The position numbers and the translations under genes were made by a program. Shown here piece after piece: positions 1 to 12,452 of a stretch of DNA of 64,000 nt (the stretch's first letter is position 1; every line of letters begins with the position of its first letter). Under the pieces are notes generated by a model. The model was not told the DNA's origin, made no database searches, and worked only from the letters and a program-made list of their open reading frames with translations. The stretch covers positions 800,001 to 864,000 of the forward strand of contig CAWDVR010000001.1 of NCBI GenBank assembly GCA_963805975.1, read 5' to 3'. The stretch is from an uncultured Acidobacteriota bacterium (lineage in GTDB: Bacteria; Acidobacteriota; Thermoanaerobaculia; Multivoradales; SZUA-115).

Positions 1-538
1 TGCCCTCGATGGTCTGACCTTCGAGGGTCAGCTCGACGTCGCCCACGCCGGTGTCGAGCTCGACCGCACGCAGCGCGGCGGCGTCCATCGTCACCTTGAC
101 GTCGCCCACGCGGGCGTCGATCTCGACGTCGTGAGCCATGCCGCTGACCACGATGTCGCCGACCCCGGAGTCCGCGGAGAGGTGGGTGCCGCGCGGCACC
201 TCGACCTTGGCGGACATCGACAGCCCTTTGTCGCCGAACTTGGGGTAGCCCTGGATCTCGATCAGCAGCTCGTCCCCCCGCCGGCGGTCGCCGACGCTGA
301 TGTTTTCGGCGGCCTGCTTGCAGTCGCTGTTGTTGGGATCGGTGCAACGGATGTCGAGCTGCACCTTCACCTTGTCACCGGTGGTGCCGGTGATCACCAG
401 GTCACCGACGCTGATGTCCACCTGCACGAGGGTGGCGCCGGTCAGGGCGGCTTCGTTCTCGACTGTGCGGACGGTCGCCGCCGAGAGCGGGGAGGCGAGG
501 GCGGCGAGGAGTATTGCGGGCACGATCTTTGATTTCAT
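1..538 (-). CDS. Secreted DUF4097-like beta-strand repeat protein (runs off window start)
   Basis: Manual translation from ATG at 538: MKSKIVPAILLAALASPLSA (signal peptide), then repeated VGD(L/I/V) motifs; no stop before the window edge; missing from the ORF track. Confidence 0.65.
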   Translation of the reverse strand, partial: MKSKIVPAILLAALASPLSAATVRTVENEAALTGATLVQVDISVGDLVITGTTGDKVKVQLDIRCTDPNNSDCKQAAENISVGDRRRGDELLIEIQGYPKFGDKGLSMSAKVEVPRGTHLSADSGVGDIVVSGMAHDVEIDARVGDVKVTMDAAALRAVELDTGVGDVELTLEGQTIEG

Positions 539-628
539 GGTTCCTCCAAGTGGTAAAAAGGGTGCTGCAGCGGCAGATTTTGCCGCTCGGTGCTGATCCA
601 GGATCGTCACACGGAACGGAGAGCATCC

Positions 629-2110
629 ATGAGAATCGACTATGCAAGCTCCCGGCCGAGAAAACGGCCTTCGCTCTTCTTTGGTTTCACCGCTGCGACG
701 GCCCTCGCCCTGGCCTCGCTCGCGGCAGCGGGGTGCTCGACCAACCCGGCCACCGGCAAGCGCCAGCTCGCCGTGATCGGCGAGGCGCAGGAGATCGAGA
801 TGGGGCGGCAGGCCGACCGCGAGGTCCAGGGCTCGCTCGGCCTCTACCCGGACGACGACCTCCAGCGCTACGTGCAGGGCCTCGGCAGCCGGCTCGCCGC
901 GAGCTCCGAGCGACCCCAGCTCCCCTGGCAGTTCCGTGTGGTGGACGATCCCACGGTCAACGCCTTCGCGCTGCCAGGCGGATTCATCTACGTCACCCGC
1001 GGCATCCTGGCGCACATGAGCTCGGAGGCCGAGCTGGTGGGGGTGCTCGGCCACGAGATCGGCCACGTCACCGGCCGGCACTCGGTGGAGCAGATGAGCA
1101 AGGCGCAGCTCGCGACCCTGGGACTGGGTGTGGCCATGATCGCCAGCGAGGACGTGCGACAGTTCGGCGACATCGCCCAGGCCGGCCTCGGGCTGATGTT
1201 CCTGAAGTTCGGGCGCGACGACGAGCGCCAGGCCGACGACCTCGGCCTGCGGTACCTCACCCGTCTCGACTACGACCCCAAGGAGATGCCGAACGTGTTC
1301 CGCACCCTGGACCGCGTCGGCGCCGCCGCCGGCAGCGGCCGGGTGCCCAACTGGCTCTCCACCCACCCGGCGCCGCAGGACCGCGTCTCCCGCCTCAATC
1401 AGGCGATCTCCGCGCTGCCCGCCGAGGAGCAGCAGGGCGAGGTGAACCGCGACGCCTACCTCCAGAAGCTCGACGGCGTGACCTTCGGCACCGACCCGCG
1501 CGAGGGCTTTTTCAAGGGCAACGTCTTCTACCATCCCAGCATGGCTTTCCAGCTCACCTTCCCACAAGGCTGGAAGCTCTCCAACGAGAAGCAGGCAGTG
1601 GGCGCCATGAGCTCGCAGCAGGACGCGGCCGTGGTCCTGATGCTCGCCGCGGCGGGCAACGCGGACGAGGCGGCGCGGACGTTCTTCAATCAGCAGGGCG
1701 TCGAGCGCGGCCAGGCCTGGCGCCGCAACTTCTACGCCTTCCGCACCACTCCCGATCCCACCGGCCAGCGCCAGGATCTCAACGGCGTGGTGGGCTTCTT
1801 CGAGCACGGCGGCAAGGTGTTCCAGCTTCGTGGGATGTCGCTCGCCGGCCGCTGGACCGGCTACGAGCGGGCGGTGCTGGCGGCGCTCGAGAGCTTCGAG
1901 CGCTTGACCGACCCGCGCTACCTGAATGTCAAGCCCAAGCGCCTCGAGATCGTCCGCCTGCCGCGCGCCATGAGCTTCAACGAGTTCCTCGAGCGCTACC
2001 CCTCGACCGTCGAGGCGCAGGCGGTGGCGATCCTCAACGAGGTCGAGGCCACCACCCAGCTCGAGTCCGGCCGCATGATGAAGCGGGTGGTGGGAGGGGA
2101 GCTGCCGTAG
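629..2110 (+). CDS. M48 family zinc metalloprotease lipoprotein
   Basis: LAAAGC lipobox-like segment, VNAFALPGG, HEIGH zinc motif, ERQAD and STHP motifs; ATG 629 preferred. Confidence 0.9.
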   Translation: MRIDYASSRPRKRPSLFFGFTAATALALASLAAAGCSTNPATGKRQLAVIGEAQEIEMGRQADREVQGSLGLYPDDDLQRYVQGLGSRLAASSERPQLPWQFRVVDDPTVNAFALPGGFIYVTRGILAHMSSEAELVGVLGHEIGHVTGRHSVEQMSKAQLATLGLGVAMIASEDVRQFGDIAQAGLGLMFLKFGRDDERQADDLGLRYLTRLDYDPKEMPNVFRTLDRVGAAAGSGRVPNWLSTHPAPQDRVSRLNQAISALPAEEQQGEVNRDAYLQKLDGVTFGTDPREGFFKGNVFYHPSMAFQLTFPQGWKLSNEKQAVGAMSSQQDAAVVLMLAAAGNADEAARTFFNQQGVERGQAWRRNFYAFRTTPDPTGQRQDLNGVVGFFEHGGKVFQLRGMSLAGRWTGYERAVLAALESFERLTDPRYLNVKPKRLEIVRLPRAMSFNEFLERYPSTVEAQAVAILNEVEATTQLESGRMMKRVVGGELP

Positions 2111-2120
2111 GAGCACCGAA

Positions 2121-2139
2121 GCCCGGCGGACCGCCGGGC
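2121..2139. terminator. GC-rich hairpin between convergent genes
   Basis: gcccggcgg-a-ccgccgggc inverted repeat between stops at 2110 and 2151; no U-tract. Confidence 0.45.
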
Positions 2140-2150
2140 GGATCTCAGAA

Positions 2151-3452
2151 TCACCGCTGGAACGCAGGCTCGTGAACGCGTGGCGGTGCCGGCGGCAGCG
2201 GCAGGGCGGCGTAGACCTCGCGCCGCACCAGGCCCATCCAGGGATCGGAGATCGGGTCCCGGAAGAGCTGGCCGTAGATCCACAGGGTGAGTTTCTCGAG
2301 ATCCAGGTTCGCAGCCGAGGCCAGGTAGTCGCTCGCCAGGGCCATCAGAATCGCCCGCCGGTAGCGGCTCTCGTTGAGCACCTCGTCGAGCGCCATGTCG
2401 GCCTCGAAGCTCTCGATCAGGAGCAGGCCCTCGCTGTCCTCCACCGTGCCGTGCTTGCGGAGCAGGAAGGCGCGGCTGGTTTCGTCCATCCGTGCGCTCG
2501 CTCGCCGTTCCGCCACCAGGCGCTCGATCTCGGCGTCCGGCACCTCCAGGCCGAGGGCCCTGACCAGCGGCACCTCGGTGGCGACCTTGGCTACGGTGGC
2601 ACTGCCTACGAGGGTGGGCGGGGCGGCGACCGACGAGCCCGGCGGCGAGTCTCGCGGCGCGCCGCCGGCAGGGCGAGCGAAGCGGGCGTCGAGCCGCTCC
2701 CGGTTGGAGTCGTGGCGCTTCGTCACCCAGCCCCTGAAGGCTTCGCCCTCGAGCCGGTTGGCGGTCGCCACGGAATCGCGGGCCGCGCGCAGCTCGCGCT
2801 GGAAGGTCCCCGGCGTGTAGAGGCCGGGCAGCACGTCGAGAACGCGGCCATGGCTGTCGAGCAGGTAGTGCAGGCTGTTGCCGGTGACCGTCTGCCGGAG
2901 GGTCCTGCCGTCGCCGAAGTCGATCGTCACCTTGGGTACCGGCCGCACCGAGTGCCAGTGGAGCACGAACTGTTCGCGCAGCAGCTCGCCGATCTCGCGG
3001 TTCGGGTAGAGCGCGGTGCGGAAGAAGCGGCTGTTGGCGCAGGACAGCTCTTCGTCCAGCCGGCCGAGGAGGCGCAGAGACAGGATCGGTTTGCCGGTCG
3101 CCAGCGCCTCGGCCTTCGCCGCCTCGAGGTCGGTGTACCAGAAGAGGCGGATCGCGGCGCAATCGGCCACGCCGCACACCCGGTCGAGCGCGGCGCCGCC
3201 CACGCTTTCGCCGCGATCGAGCAGCGCCAGGACCGAGGCCATCCCGGCCGGGCCAGCCTCGCGCAGCAGCTCGATCGCCACATCGGTCTGCGGAGTCGTT
3301 TCCTGCAAGGCCGCGCGGGCCAGGGCCTCGAGGTCCTGCGCCGACGCGGCCTCGAAGGCGGTGGCGGCGGCACAGCCCGCGCCGGCAAGAGAAAGGGAGA
3401 CGACGATCGACGAAGCGGCGACGGCCAGGTTCTTGGGTTTCACGCTGCCCAC
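2151..3452 (-). CDS. Secreted hypothetical protein with thioredoxin-like segment
   Basis: N-terminal signal; WYTDLEAAKAEALATGKPILSLRLLG resembles the start of a thioredoxin-like fold; divergent from the two-component system. Confidence 0.65.
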   Translation of the reverse strand: MGSVKPKNLAVAASSIVVSLSLAGAGCAAATAFEAASAQDLEALARAALQETTPQTDVAIELLREAGPAGMASVLALLDRGESVGGAALDRVCGVADCAAIRLFWYTDLEAAKAEALATGKPILSLRLLGRLDEELSCANSRFFRTALYPNREIGELLREQFVLHWHSVRPVPKVTIDFGDGRTLRQTVTGNSLHYLLDSHGRVLDVLPGLYTPGTFQRELRAARDSVATANRLEGEAFRGWVTKRHDSNRERLDARFARPAGGAPRDSPPGSSVAAPPTLVGSATVAKVATEVPLVRALGLEVPDAEIERLVAERRASARMDETSRAFLLRKHGTVEDSEGLLLIESFEADMALDEVLNESRYRRAILMALASDYLASAANLDLEKLTLWIYGQLFRDPISDPWMGLVRREVYAALPLPPAPPRVHEPAFQR

Positions 3453-3608
3453 CTCCAGGCGCTGGTGGCGGCCTTCCTGACCGCCAGCGAAACCCTAGCG
3501 CCAGAGCGGGTGGCGCAACGTAACGCCTGCGTAACTCCTGCCGGCCGCTGTCGCGGACGGCCCTCCCGAGCGCGAGCGCTGCGCTAGCATCGGCGCGAGG
3601 AATCGACG

Positions 3609-4295
3609 ATGCCGCAGCGGACGATCCTGGTGATCGAGGACGACGTGGCCATCCGCCGCGGCATGGTGGCGGCGCTCCGCCACGCCTCGTTCGCGGTCCG
3701 CGAGGCCGGCGACGGTGCGGCGGGCGGTGAGCTGGCGCTCGGCGGCGAAATCGATCTGGTGCTCCTGGACCTCGTGCTGCCGCTCGTGGACGGGCTCGAG
3801 GTCCTGCGGCGCATCCGGCGCGAGGAGCCGGCTCTGCCGGTGATCCTGGTGACCGCGCGCGGCGCCGAAGACGACCGCGTGCGCGGGCTCGAGCTGGGCG
3901 CGGACGACTACGTGGTGAAGCCCTTCGGCGCCCGCGAGCTCCTGGCGAGAGTGGAAGCCCTGCTGCGGCGCTCACCCGAACGGCCGGCGGTTCTTTCGCG
4001 GCTCGACCTTCCCGGCCGCGAGGTGGACTTCGAGAGTTGCGAGGTGCGCTTCGAGGATGGCCACTGCGAGGCGCTGTCGAAGCTCGAAGGCGGCCTGCTG
4101 CGCTACCTGGCGAAGAGCCGCGAGCGCATCGTCTCCCGTGACGAGCTCCTCACCCGTGTCTGGCAGCAGAGGCCGCACCTGGTGGCGACCCGCTCGGTCG
4201 ACATGACTATGGCCCGCCTGCGCAAGAAGCTGCGCGACGAGAGCGAGGAGGTGCTGATCACGGTGCGCGGGAAGGGCTACAGGCTCCGATCGTGA
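3609..4295 (+). CDS. OmpR-family response regulator
   Basis: ILVIEDD, LLDLVLP, GADDYVVKPF, C-terminal TVRGKGY winged helix. Confidence 0.95.
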   Translation: MPQRTILVIEDDVAIRRGMVAALRHASFAVREAGDGAAGGELALGGEIDLVLLDLVLPLVDGLEVLRRIRREEPALPVILVTARGAEDDRVRGLELGADDYVVKPFGARELLARVEALLRRSPERPAVLSRLDLPGREVDFESCEVRFEDGHCEALSKLEGGLLRYLAKSRERIVSRDELLTRVWQQRPHLVATRSVDMTMARLRKKLRDESEEVLITVRGKGYRLRS

Positions 4296-5878
4296 TCCGC
4301 CGGCCGCTCCTGGTGGCTGCCGCCTTCGTCGCGAGCGCCCTGGTGCTGCTCGGCGCGCTGGCCTGGATCACATCCATGACGCTCGCCCTCGAGCGTTCGG
4401 AGATCGAAGCGCTCGGCAAGGCGATCGCCGAGGAGAACATCCGCATCGCGCTGTGGCGGATGGACGCCTCGCTCGCCGAGCTGTTGGCGCGCGAGAACCG
4501 CCGGAGCGCGGCTCAGCACCGTGCCGCCAGCCAGTCGCCGGCGGAACCAGGGCAGATCGTGCGGGCGCGCTTCGAGGTCGGGCCAAGACCGGCGCCGCCC
4601 AAAGGCCCGAGGTCGGCCGCGCCGCTACCGGACAAATCACTGGCTCTGGACGTGGACCGGCTGAACGCCAGTGCCAACGAAGCGGGCCAGCAGATGGCCT
4701 TCAGTCAGGAGGTGCTCAACTCCCAGGCCTTCCAGCGCCGGCAGGAGCTGGCGCAGCAGAACCTCGTGCTCTCCTCACCACCCCAGGAGGCGGCGCCTGG
4801 GCCGGTCCCGGCTGTGGAGCCGGTCGCCGAGGTGGAGTCTGCCTTCGAAGGACAGTGGGAGGGCGACGAGCTGTTGCTGCTGCGGCGGGTGCTCGAAGGC
4901 GACCAGCGGCTGGTGCAGGGCGTCCGGCTCGACTGGCCCGCGCTGTCGAGCGCGCTCCTGGCGCAGGTGCGCGAGGTAGTGCCGGGGGCACGCCTGGAGC
5001 GCTCGTCCGGCCCTGCCGACCCGAGTCGCCAGCTCGCGGTGCTGGCGCTGCGCCTGGTGCCGGGGCCGCCGCCCGAGCCCGCACCGCCGGACTGGACGCC
5101 GGTGCGGCTGACCCTGGCCGCGGCCTGGGGCGCGGCGCTGCTCTGCCTCGCCGGGGTGGGTGCGCTCCTGGCGGGCTCGGTGTCGCTCTCCCAGCGCCGT
5201 GCGGACTTCGTGTCGGCAGTCACCCACGAGCTGCGCACGCCGCTCACCACGCTGCGCCTCTACTCGGACCTGCTGGTCGAAGGCGCGGTGGCACCCGAGG
5301 AGCACCGCTCGTACCTCGCCACCCTGAAGCGCGAGGCCGACCGGCTCGGCCACCTCGTGGACAACGTACTGTCGTTCTCACGGCTGGAGCGGGTGCGCGC
5401 ATCCGGGGCGCGAGAGCAGGCGGCGGTGGGGGAAATGGTCGCACGGGCGCTGCCACGGCTCGAAGAGCGAGCGGCGCTCGCCGAAACGACGATCGAGGTC
5501 GAGGTTCCCGCCGAGGCGATCGGCGCGCTCGTCCGCACCGATTCCGCGGCGGTCGAGCAGATCCTCTTCAACTTGGTGGACAACGCTTGCAAGTATGGTG
5601 GCGATGCCGAATCGCCGGCGATCCGCCTGGCCATTGAGCTGCGCGGCAGCTACGCCGTGCTGAGCGTCTCGGACCACGGGCAGGGACTCGGCCCCCGCGA
5701 GCGCCGGCGCCTGTTCCGCCCCTTCCACCGCTCGGCGGCGCAGGCCGCCGGTTCGGCGCCCGGCGTGGGCCTCGGCTTGGCGCTCTCCCGCCGGCTCGCC
5801 CGCCGCATGGGCGGCGATCTTCAGCTGGCGAAGTCAGAGCAGGGAGCGTGCTTCGAGCTGCTGCTGCGGCGGGCGTAG
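4292..5878 (+). CDS. Membrane sensor histidine kinase
   Basis: Two TM segments, H-box HELRTPLT, N-box NLVDNACKY, G-boxes DHGQG and GVGLGL; 4-nt overlap with the regulator. Confidence 0.93.
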   Translation: MIRRPLLVAAAFVASALVLLGALAWITSMTLALERSEIEALGKAIAEENIRIALWRMDASLAELLARENRRSAAQHRAASQSPAEPGQIVRARFEVGPRPAPPKGPRSAAPLPDKSLALDVDRLNASANEAGQQMAFSQEVLNSQAFQRRQELAQQNLVLSSPPQEAAPGPVPAVEPVAEVESAFEGQWEGDELLLLRRVLEGDQRLVQGVRLDWPALSSALLAQVREVVPGARLERSSGPADPSRQLAVLALRLVPGPPPEPAPPDWTPVRLTLAAAWGAALLCLAGVGALLAGSVSLSQRRADFVSAVTHELRTPLTTLRLYSDLLVEGAVAPEEHRSYLATLKREADRLGHLVDNVLSFSRLERVRASGAREQAAVGEMVARALPRLEERAALAETTIEVEVPAEAIGALVRTDSAAVEQILFNLVDNACKYGGDAESPAIRLAIELRGSYAVLSVSDHGQGLGPRERRRLFRPFHRSAAQAAGSAPGVGLGLALSRRLARRMGGDLQLAKSEQGACFELLLRRA

Positions 5879-5882
5879 CAGC

Positions 5883-6266
5883 TTACTCCTGCGCGATCTG
5901 GATGAAGTTGCCGCAGGTGTCCTCGAACATCGCGATCTTCACCGGCCCGGCCTGGGTTGGCGGCATGCGGAACACGACGCCCAGCTTCTGCAACCGCTCG
6001 AACTCCTTCTGCACGTCGTCGACGCCGAACATCGTCCACGGGATGCCCTGGTCGAACATCGCCTTCTGAAAGGTCTTGGCCGCCGGGTTGCCATTGGGCT
6101 CGAGCAGCAGCTCGGTGCCGTCGGGATCGGCGGGCGACACCACGGTCAGCCAGCGCGCTCCGCCGGCCGGGACGTCCGTCTTCTTCACGAAGCCCAGCAC
6201 CTCGGTGTAGAACTGCAGGGCCTTCTCCTGGTCGTCGACCAGCACGCTGGTCACGATGATCCTCAT
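5883..6266 (-). CDS. VOC/glyoxalase family protein
   Basis: VDDQEKALQFYTEVLGF...FEDTCGNFIQI; purine-rich RBS before ATG 6266; an upstream start near 6362-6377 would add a signal-like leader. Confidence 0.88.
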   Translation of the reverse strand: MRIIVTSVLVDDQEKALQFYTEVLGFVKKTDVPAGGARWLTVVSPADPDGTELLLEPNGNPAAKTFQKAMFDQGIPWTMFGVDDVQKEFERLQKLGVVFRMPPTQAGPVKIAMFEDTCGNFIQIAQE

Positions 6267-6404
6267 CGAGCCTTTCTCCTTTCCCGGGGCGGGCGTCCCC
6301 AGGCTGTCCTGGGTTCCGAAGGTCGCGGTTGCGAACAATAGGGTGATCAAGCTTGCAAGCATCGTGGATCTGTTCACGGGCTCTCCTCGTTGGCCGGTTA
6401 GCTC

Positions 6405-6610
6405 TCGGCGCGACGGCTTGTCGAAGATCTTCTTCAGGGTCTCGGCCTGCTGGGGTGGGCGCGATCTGAAGTAGACACTTGGGGGCCACCGCAATGGGCA
6501 GAGGCTCGACACCAGGGTGATCAGCAGGCCGGCCAGGAAGCCCCGGCCGAAGCTCAGCCGGCCCGTCTGCTCGCGGTAGGAGGCCGAAGACCAGGATGCC
6601 GCCCAAGAGC
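6405..6610 (-). pseudogene. Possible frameshifted, deleted remnant of a DUF4199-like membrane protein gene
   Basis: GGILVFG in one frame continues after a shift near 6582 as SYREQTGRLSFGRGFLAGLLITLVSSLC..VYF..QQAETLKKIFDKP; family resemblance recalled, not searched. Confidence 0.4.
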
Positions 6611-6722
6611 CGGCGCCGCGACGCCGGAACGGTGTGGGTCGAGGTGGCCACGGCAGGTCGATGATACCGGCTCGCCTGCCCGGGAGCGTGCCGGAGATCG
6701 GCTATGCTCGGGGCGAGGGATC

Positions 6723-7289
6723 TTGCCCAACGAGACCATCACGGAGCTACTGGAGCGAAGCGGCGGGAGCGGCCCGGAAGTGGTCAACGAGCTGGTGCCG
6801 CTGGTCTACGAAGAGCTGCGCTCGATCGCCCATCGCTTCCTCGCCGCCGAGCGCCGGCCAAGGCAGACCCTCGACACCACGGCGCTGGTTCACGAGGCCT
6901 ATCTCAAGCTGATCGGCAGCCGCGGGCTCGCGGCTCACGGCCGGGCGTACTTCTTCGGCGCCGTGGCCCGGGCCATGCGGCAGGTGCTGGTGGAGGCCGC
7001 GCGGCGCCGCGGGCGGCTGCGGCGCGGCGGTGGCGAGGCGCCCTTGCCGCTCACCGGCATCGAGGCGGTGGCGGACGATCGCGGTGCCGAGGTGCTCGCC
7101 ATCGACGAGGCCCTGACCGAGCTCGCGACGATCTTTCCACGCCAGGCACAGGTGATCGAGTGCCGGTTCTTCGGCGGCCTGTCGGTGGAGGAGACCGCGG
7201 AAGCCCTCGAGATCTCGCCCCGCACGGTCAAGCGCGACGGGTCGCTGGCGCAAGCCTGGCTCTTTCGCGCTCTCCGAGGCGGCGCCTGA
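6723..7289 (+). CDS. ECF sigma factor (kinase-associated, TIGR02999-like)
   Basis: LVPLVYEELRSIA, TLDTTALVHEAYLKL, RFFGGLSVEETAEAL motifs; directly upstream of a Ser/Thr kinase. Confidence 0.92.
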   Translation: MPNETITELLERSGGSGPEVVNELVPLVYEELRSIAHRFLAAERRPRQTLDTTALVHEAYLKLIGSRGLAAHGRAYFFGAVARAMRQVLVEAARRRGRLRRGGGEAPLPLTGIEAVADDRGAEVLAIDEALTELATIFPRQAQVIECRFFGGLSVEETAEALEISPRTVKRDGSLAQAWLFRALRGGA

Positions 7290-7293
7290 CGCG

Positions 7294-9708
<2,415 letters not shown>

Positions 9709-9748
9709 TCGGCGGAGCGCGGCCCACGCCGGAGAGCCCGGTCCCGGC

Positions 9749-11020
9749 TCAAGGGAAAGTCTCGGTCCAGGCCGAGGTGTCGCCGCTCTCGAAGCCGTCG
9801 GCGAAGATCCGGTTGCCGAAGAACAGCACCGCGCCGGGGGTGCCGGGGTGCTCGGTGGTGTAGGGCGCCCCGGCGAGCACGCCGGCGGCTCCGAGAGCGA
9901 CGGTGGTGCCCAACTGGTCGTAGTCGAGCGGCTCGCTCCGCTTCAACCTGTGCACCAGATGCCAGCTCGAGGCGTGGGGATTGCCGGTGCGCAGGTAGCG
10001 GTACACCGCGCCGGCATTGACCCCGCCGTCATCCTCGCCGATCGCACCCGCCACCAGCTCCACGGACCCGGTCGGGCTCGCCGCCAGGTCGACGCTCCAG
10101 CCGAACCAGTCGTGGTCCGTCGCCTCGGCCGGCCGCAGCAGCGCCTGCAGCTCGAACTCTAGAAACGGGAGGGTCACGACCTCGTAGACGTAGCCGCCGC
10201 CCGCATCGGTGAGCGCTCCCGGCGCAGTGGTTCGGTCCAGGTACGGCGAACCGACGGCCAGGAGGTCGCCGTCGAGCGCCACCGCCCAGCCGAAGTCGGC
10301 GCCGGTCTGACTGGAGGCCGGAGAGACGATCTCCTGCAGCTCGATCCAGCTCCCCGCCCGGGCATAGACGTGGACGGCACCGTTGTCGCCCCGCCCCGGT
10401 GCCCCGGCGACGATCACCGGGCCGTCGATCGCCAGGCCCCGGCCCAACTGGTCGGCGAAGCCGCCCACGAAGGTCTTTGCCAGCATCCACGAGCCGGGGC
10501 TCTGCTGCTCGTAGATCCGCACCCGGCCGCTGCCGCCGAAGAAGTCCGGCTGCCCGATCGCCAGCGTCGTGCCGTCCATGACCAGCGCCCACACCCAGCC
10601 GCCGTCGATCCCCGATACCTCTACCTGGCCGCTGTCGGCGTGCCGGAGCGAGGTGGTGGCTCCTCCGGAGTCGAGCATCGCGTAGAGGAGATAGAAGCCG
10701 GCCGTCACCGGCAGGTATTGCGGAGCTGTCGGCAGGATGGGTGGATGAGAGACCCAGGAGGTGGCCCCCGGCCCGAGCGAGAAGCGCTGCGCGGCCCCCG
10801 CCTGCGGCGCGCCGACGATGGCGATCGAGCTGGCGTCTGGCGTGTCCGCGAGGGCGAGCGTGGCTCCGAAAGCGGGACCCGGCGGCAGCTCGGTGAGATA
10901 GTCCCAGAGCAGTGTCTGGTCCTCCGTGCGAGTGGGTACGGTGCCGGCGTGAGCCTCCGGCATCGTCGACACGACAAGAGCGAGCGAGAAGGTCAAAGCC
11001 TGGAAGCTAGGGTTGCGCAT
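9749..11020 (-). CDS. Secreted FG-GAP repeat protein, copy 1, with IFADGFESGD tail
   Basis: Signal peptide; FGWAVALDGDLLAVGSP and GAP repeats; ends IFADGFESGDTSAWTETFP. Confidence 0.85.
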   Translation of the reverse strand: MRNPSFQALTFSLALVVSTMPEAHAGTVPTRTEDQTLLWDYLTELPPGPAFGATLALADTPDASSIAIVGAPQAGAAQRFSLGPGATSWVSHPPILPTAPQYLPVTAGFYLLYAMLDSGGATTSLRHADSGQVEVSGIDGGWVWALVMDGTTLAIGQPDFFGGSGRVRIYEQQSPGSWMLAKTFVGGFADQLGRGLAIDGPVIVAGAPGRGDNGAVHVYARAGSWIELQEIVSPASSQTGADFGWAVALDGDLLAVGSPYLDRTTAPGALTDAGGGYVYEVVTLPFLEFELQALLRPAEATDHDWFGWSVDLAASPTGSVELVAGAIGEDDGGVNAGAVYRYLRTGNPHASSWHLVHRLKRSEPLDYDQLGTTVALGAAGVLAGAPYTTEHPGTPGAVLFFGNRIFADGFESGDTSAWTETFP

Positions 11021-11098
11021 GGCGTGGGGTTCCTCCTCTCCTCCCTGCGCCGGGAAGAGGTCGAAAGGGCCACGCCTGCTTTCGCCCGCCCTACGCCA

Positions 11099-12364
11099 CT
11101 AGGGCTCGACAGCGCTCCAGGCCGAAGTGTCCCCGCTCTCGAAGCCGTCGGCGAAGATCCGCGAGCCGAAGAACAGCACGACCCCGGAGCTGTTCTCACT
11201 GTTGACCACGCCATTGGGGGCGCCGGCCAGAACGCCGCGCTCGGTGATCGCGACGGTCGCCCCCAGGCGCTCGAACGGATGGGGATCGCTGCTGATCATC
11301 CGGGTCACCTCCACCCAGCTCGACGATTCACCCTCGCCCGTTCGAGCGTACTGATGGATCGCGCCCGCGTTGGTGGCTCCTTCCCCGTCCTCTCCAGGAG
11401 CCCCGGCCACCAGCCGGGCACTACCGGCCGCGGGCCCAAAGAGATCCACGCTGGTTCCAAAGAAGTCATGATTCGTGGCTCCCGCAGGACGCAGCAGGGC
11501 CTGCAGCTCGAACAGCAGAAACGGGAACGTCACCACCTCGTAGACGTAGACGCCGCCCACGTCGATCAGCGTTCCCGGCGCGGTGGTGCGGTCCAGCCAC
11601 GGCGAGCCCACGGCCAGGATGTCGCCGGCGAGCGCCCCGCCGAACTCGGCCTCGACCTGGCTCGCGGCGGGGGAGTCGATCACCTGGAGCTCGATCCAGC
11701 TCGTGGCCCGCGCATAGACATGGACGGCGCCGTTGTCCCCCCGGCCCGGCGCGCCGGCGACCACGGTCTGACCGTCGATTGCGAGCGCCGCGCCGAGCCG
11801 ATCGCCGAACCCGCCGCCGAAAGTCTTCGCCAGCACCCAGTTCCCGGTGCCGTGATCTTCGTAGATCCGCACTCGGCCGCTGCCACCGAAGAAGGCCGGC
11901 TGACCGATCGCCAGGATGGTGCCGCGCTTGACCAGGGAGAGCACCGGGCCGCCGTCGATCGTCGGGATCACCACCGAGCCCTCGGTGCGCCGGATGGTCG
12001 AGGTCGTCCCTCCCGGGTCGAGGGCGGCGTAGATCGCGAAGCCCTCGACCGACACCGGCACGAGCTGAGAGGTCGTCGGGTCGATCGAAGTATGTCCGTG
12101 CCAGAAAGTCTCGTCGGGCCTGAGCTCGAACAGCCGCGCCGCGCCGGCCGTCGAGCCGACGATCCCGAAGGTATAGCCCGCCTCAGTCTCGGCCATGTCG
12201 AGCGTGGCGCCGAAACCGGCGTTGGATGGCAGAAGGGGATCGAGGTCCCAGAACAGGGTCTCGTCCTGAGTAAGGGTCCCGGCGGCCCCGGCACCGAAGG
12301 CAAGTGCCCACAGGCTGGTGGTGATCGATGTGAGAGCGAAAATCCGCAGGCGGTGGTTGCGCAT
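11099..12364 (-). CDS. Secreted FG-GAP repeat protein, copy 2 (tandem paralog)
   Basis: Colinear with copy 1 (e.g. AGAPGRGDNGAVHVYARA identical); ends IFADGFESGDTSAWSAVEP. Confidence 0.85.
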   Translation of the reverse strand: MRNHRLRIFALTSITTSLWALAFGAGAAGTLTQDETLFWDLDPLLPSNAGFGATLDMAETEAGYTFGIVGSTAGAARLFELRPDETFWHGHTSIDPTTSQLVPVSVEGFAIYAALDPGGTTSTIRRTEGSVVIPTIDGGPVLSLVKRGTILAIGQPAFFGGSGRVRIYEDHGTGNWVLAKTFGGGFGDRLGAALAIDGQTVVAGAPGRGDNGAVHVYARATSWIELQVIDSPAASQVEAEFGGALAGDILAVGSPWLDRTTAPGTLIDVGGVYVYEVVTFPFLLFELQALLRPAGATNHDFFGTSVDLFGPAAGSARLVAGAPGEDGEGATNAGAIHQYARTGEGESSSWVEVTRMISSDPHPFERLGATVAITERGVLAGAPNGVVNSENSSGVVLFFGSRIFADGFESGDTSAWSAVEP

Positions 12365-12452
12365 GGTGGTTCCTCCTCCCCTCCCTGCGCTCTGGGGAGA
12401 GGGGGCGGGCCATCGTCATGGCAAGTAACTCAGGGATCGGCGGGTGCCGCCC

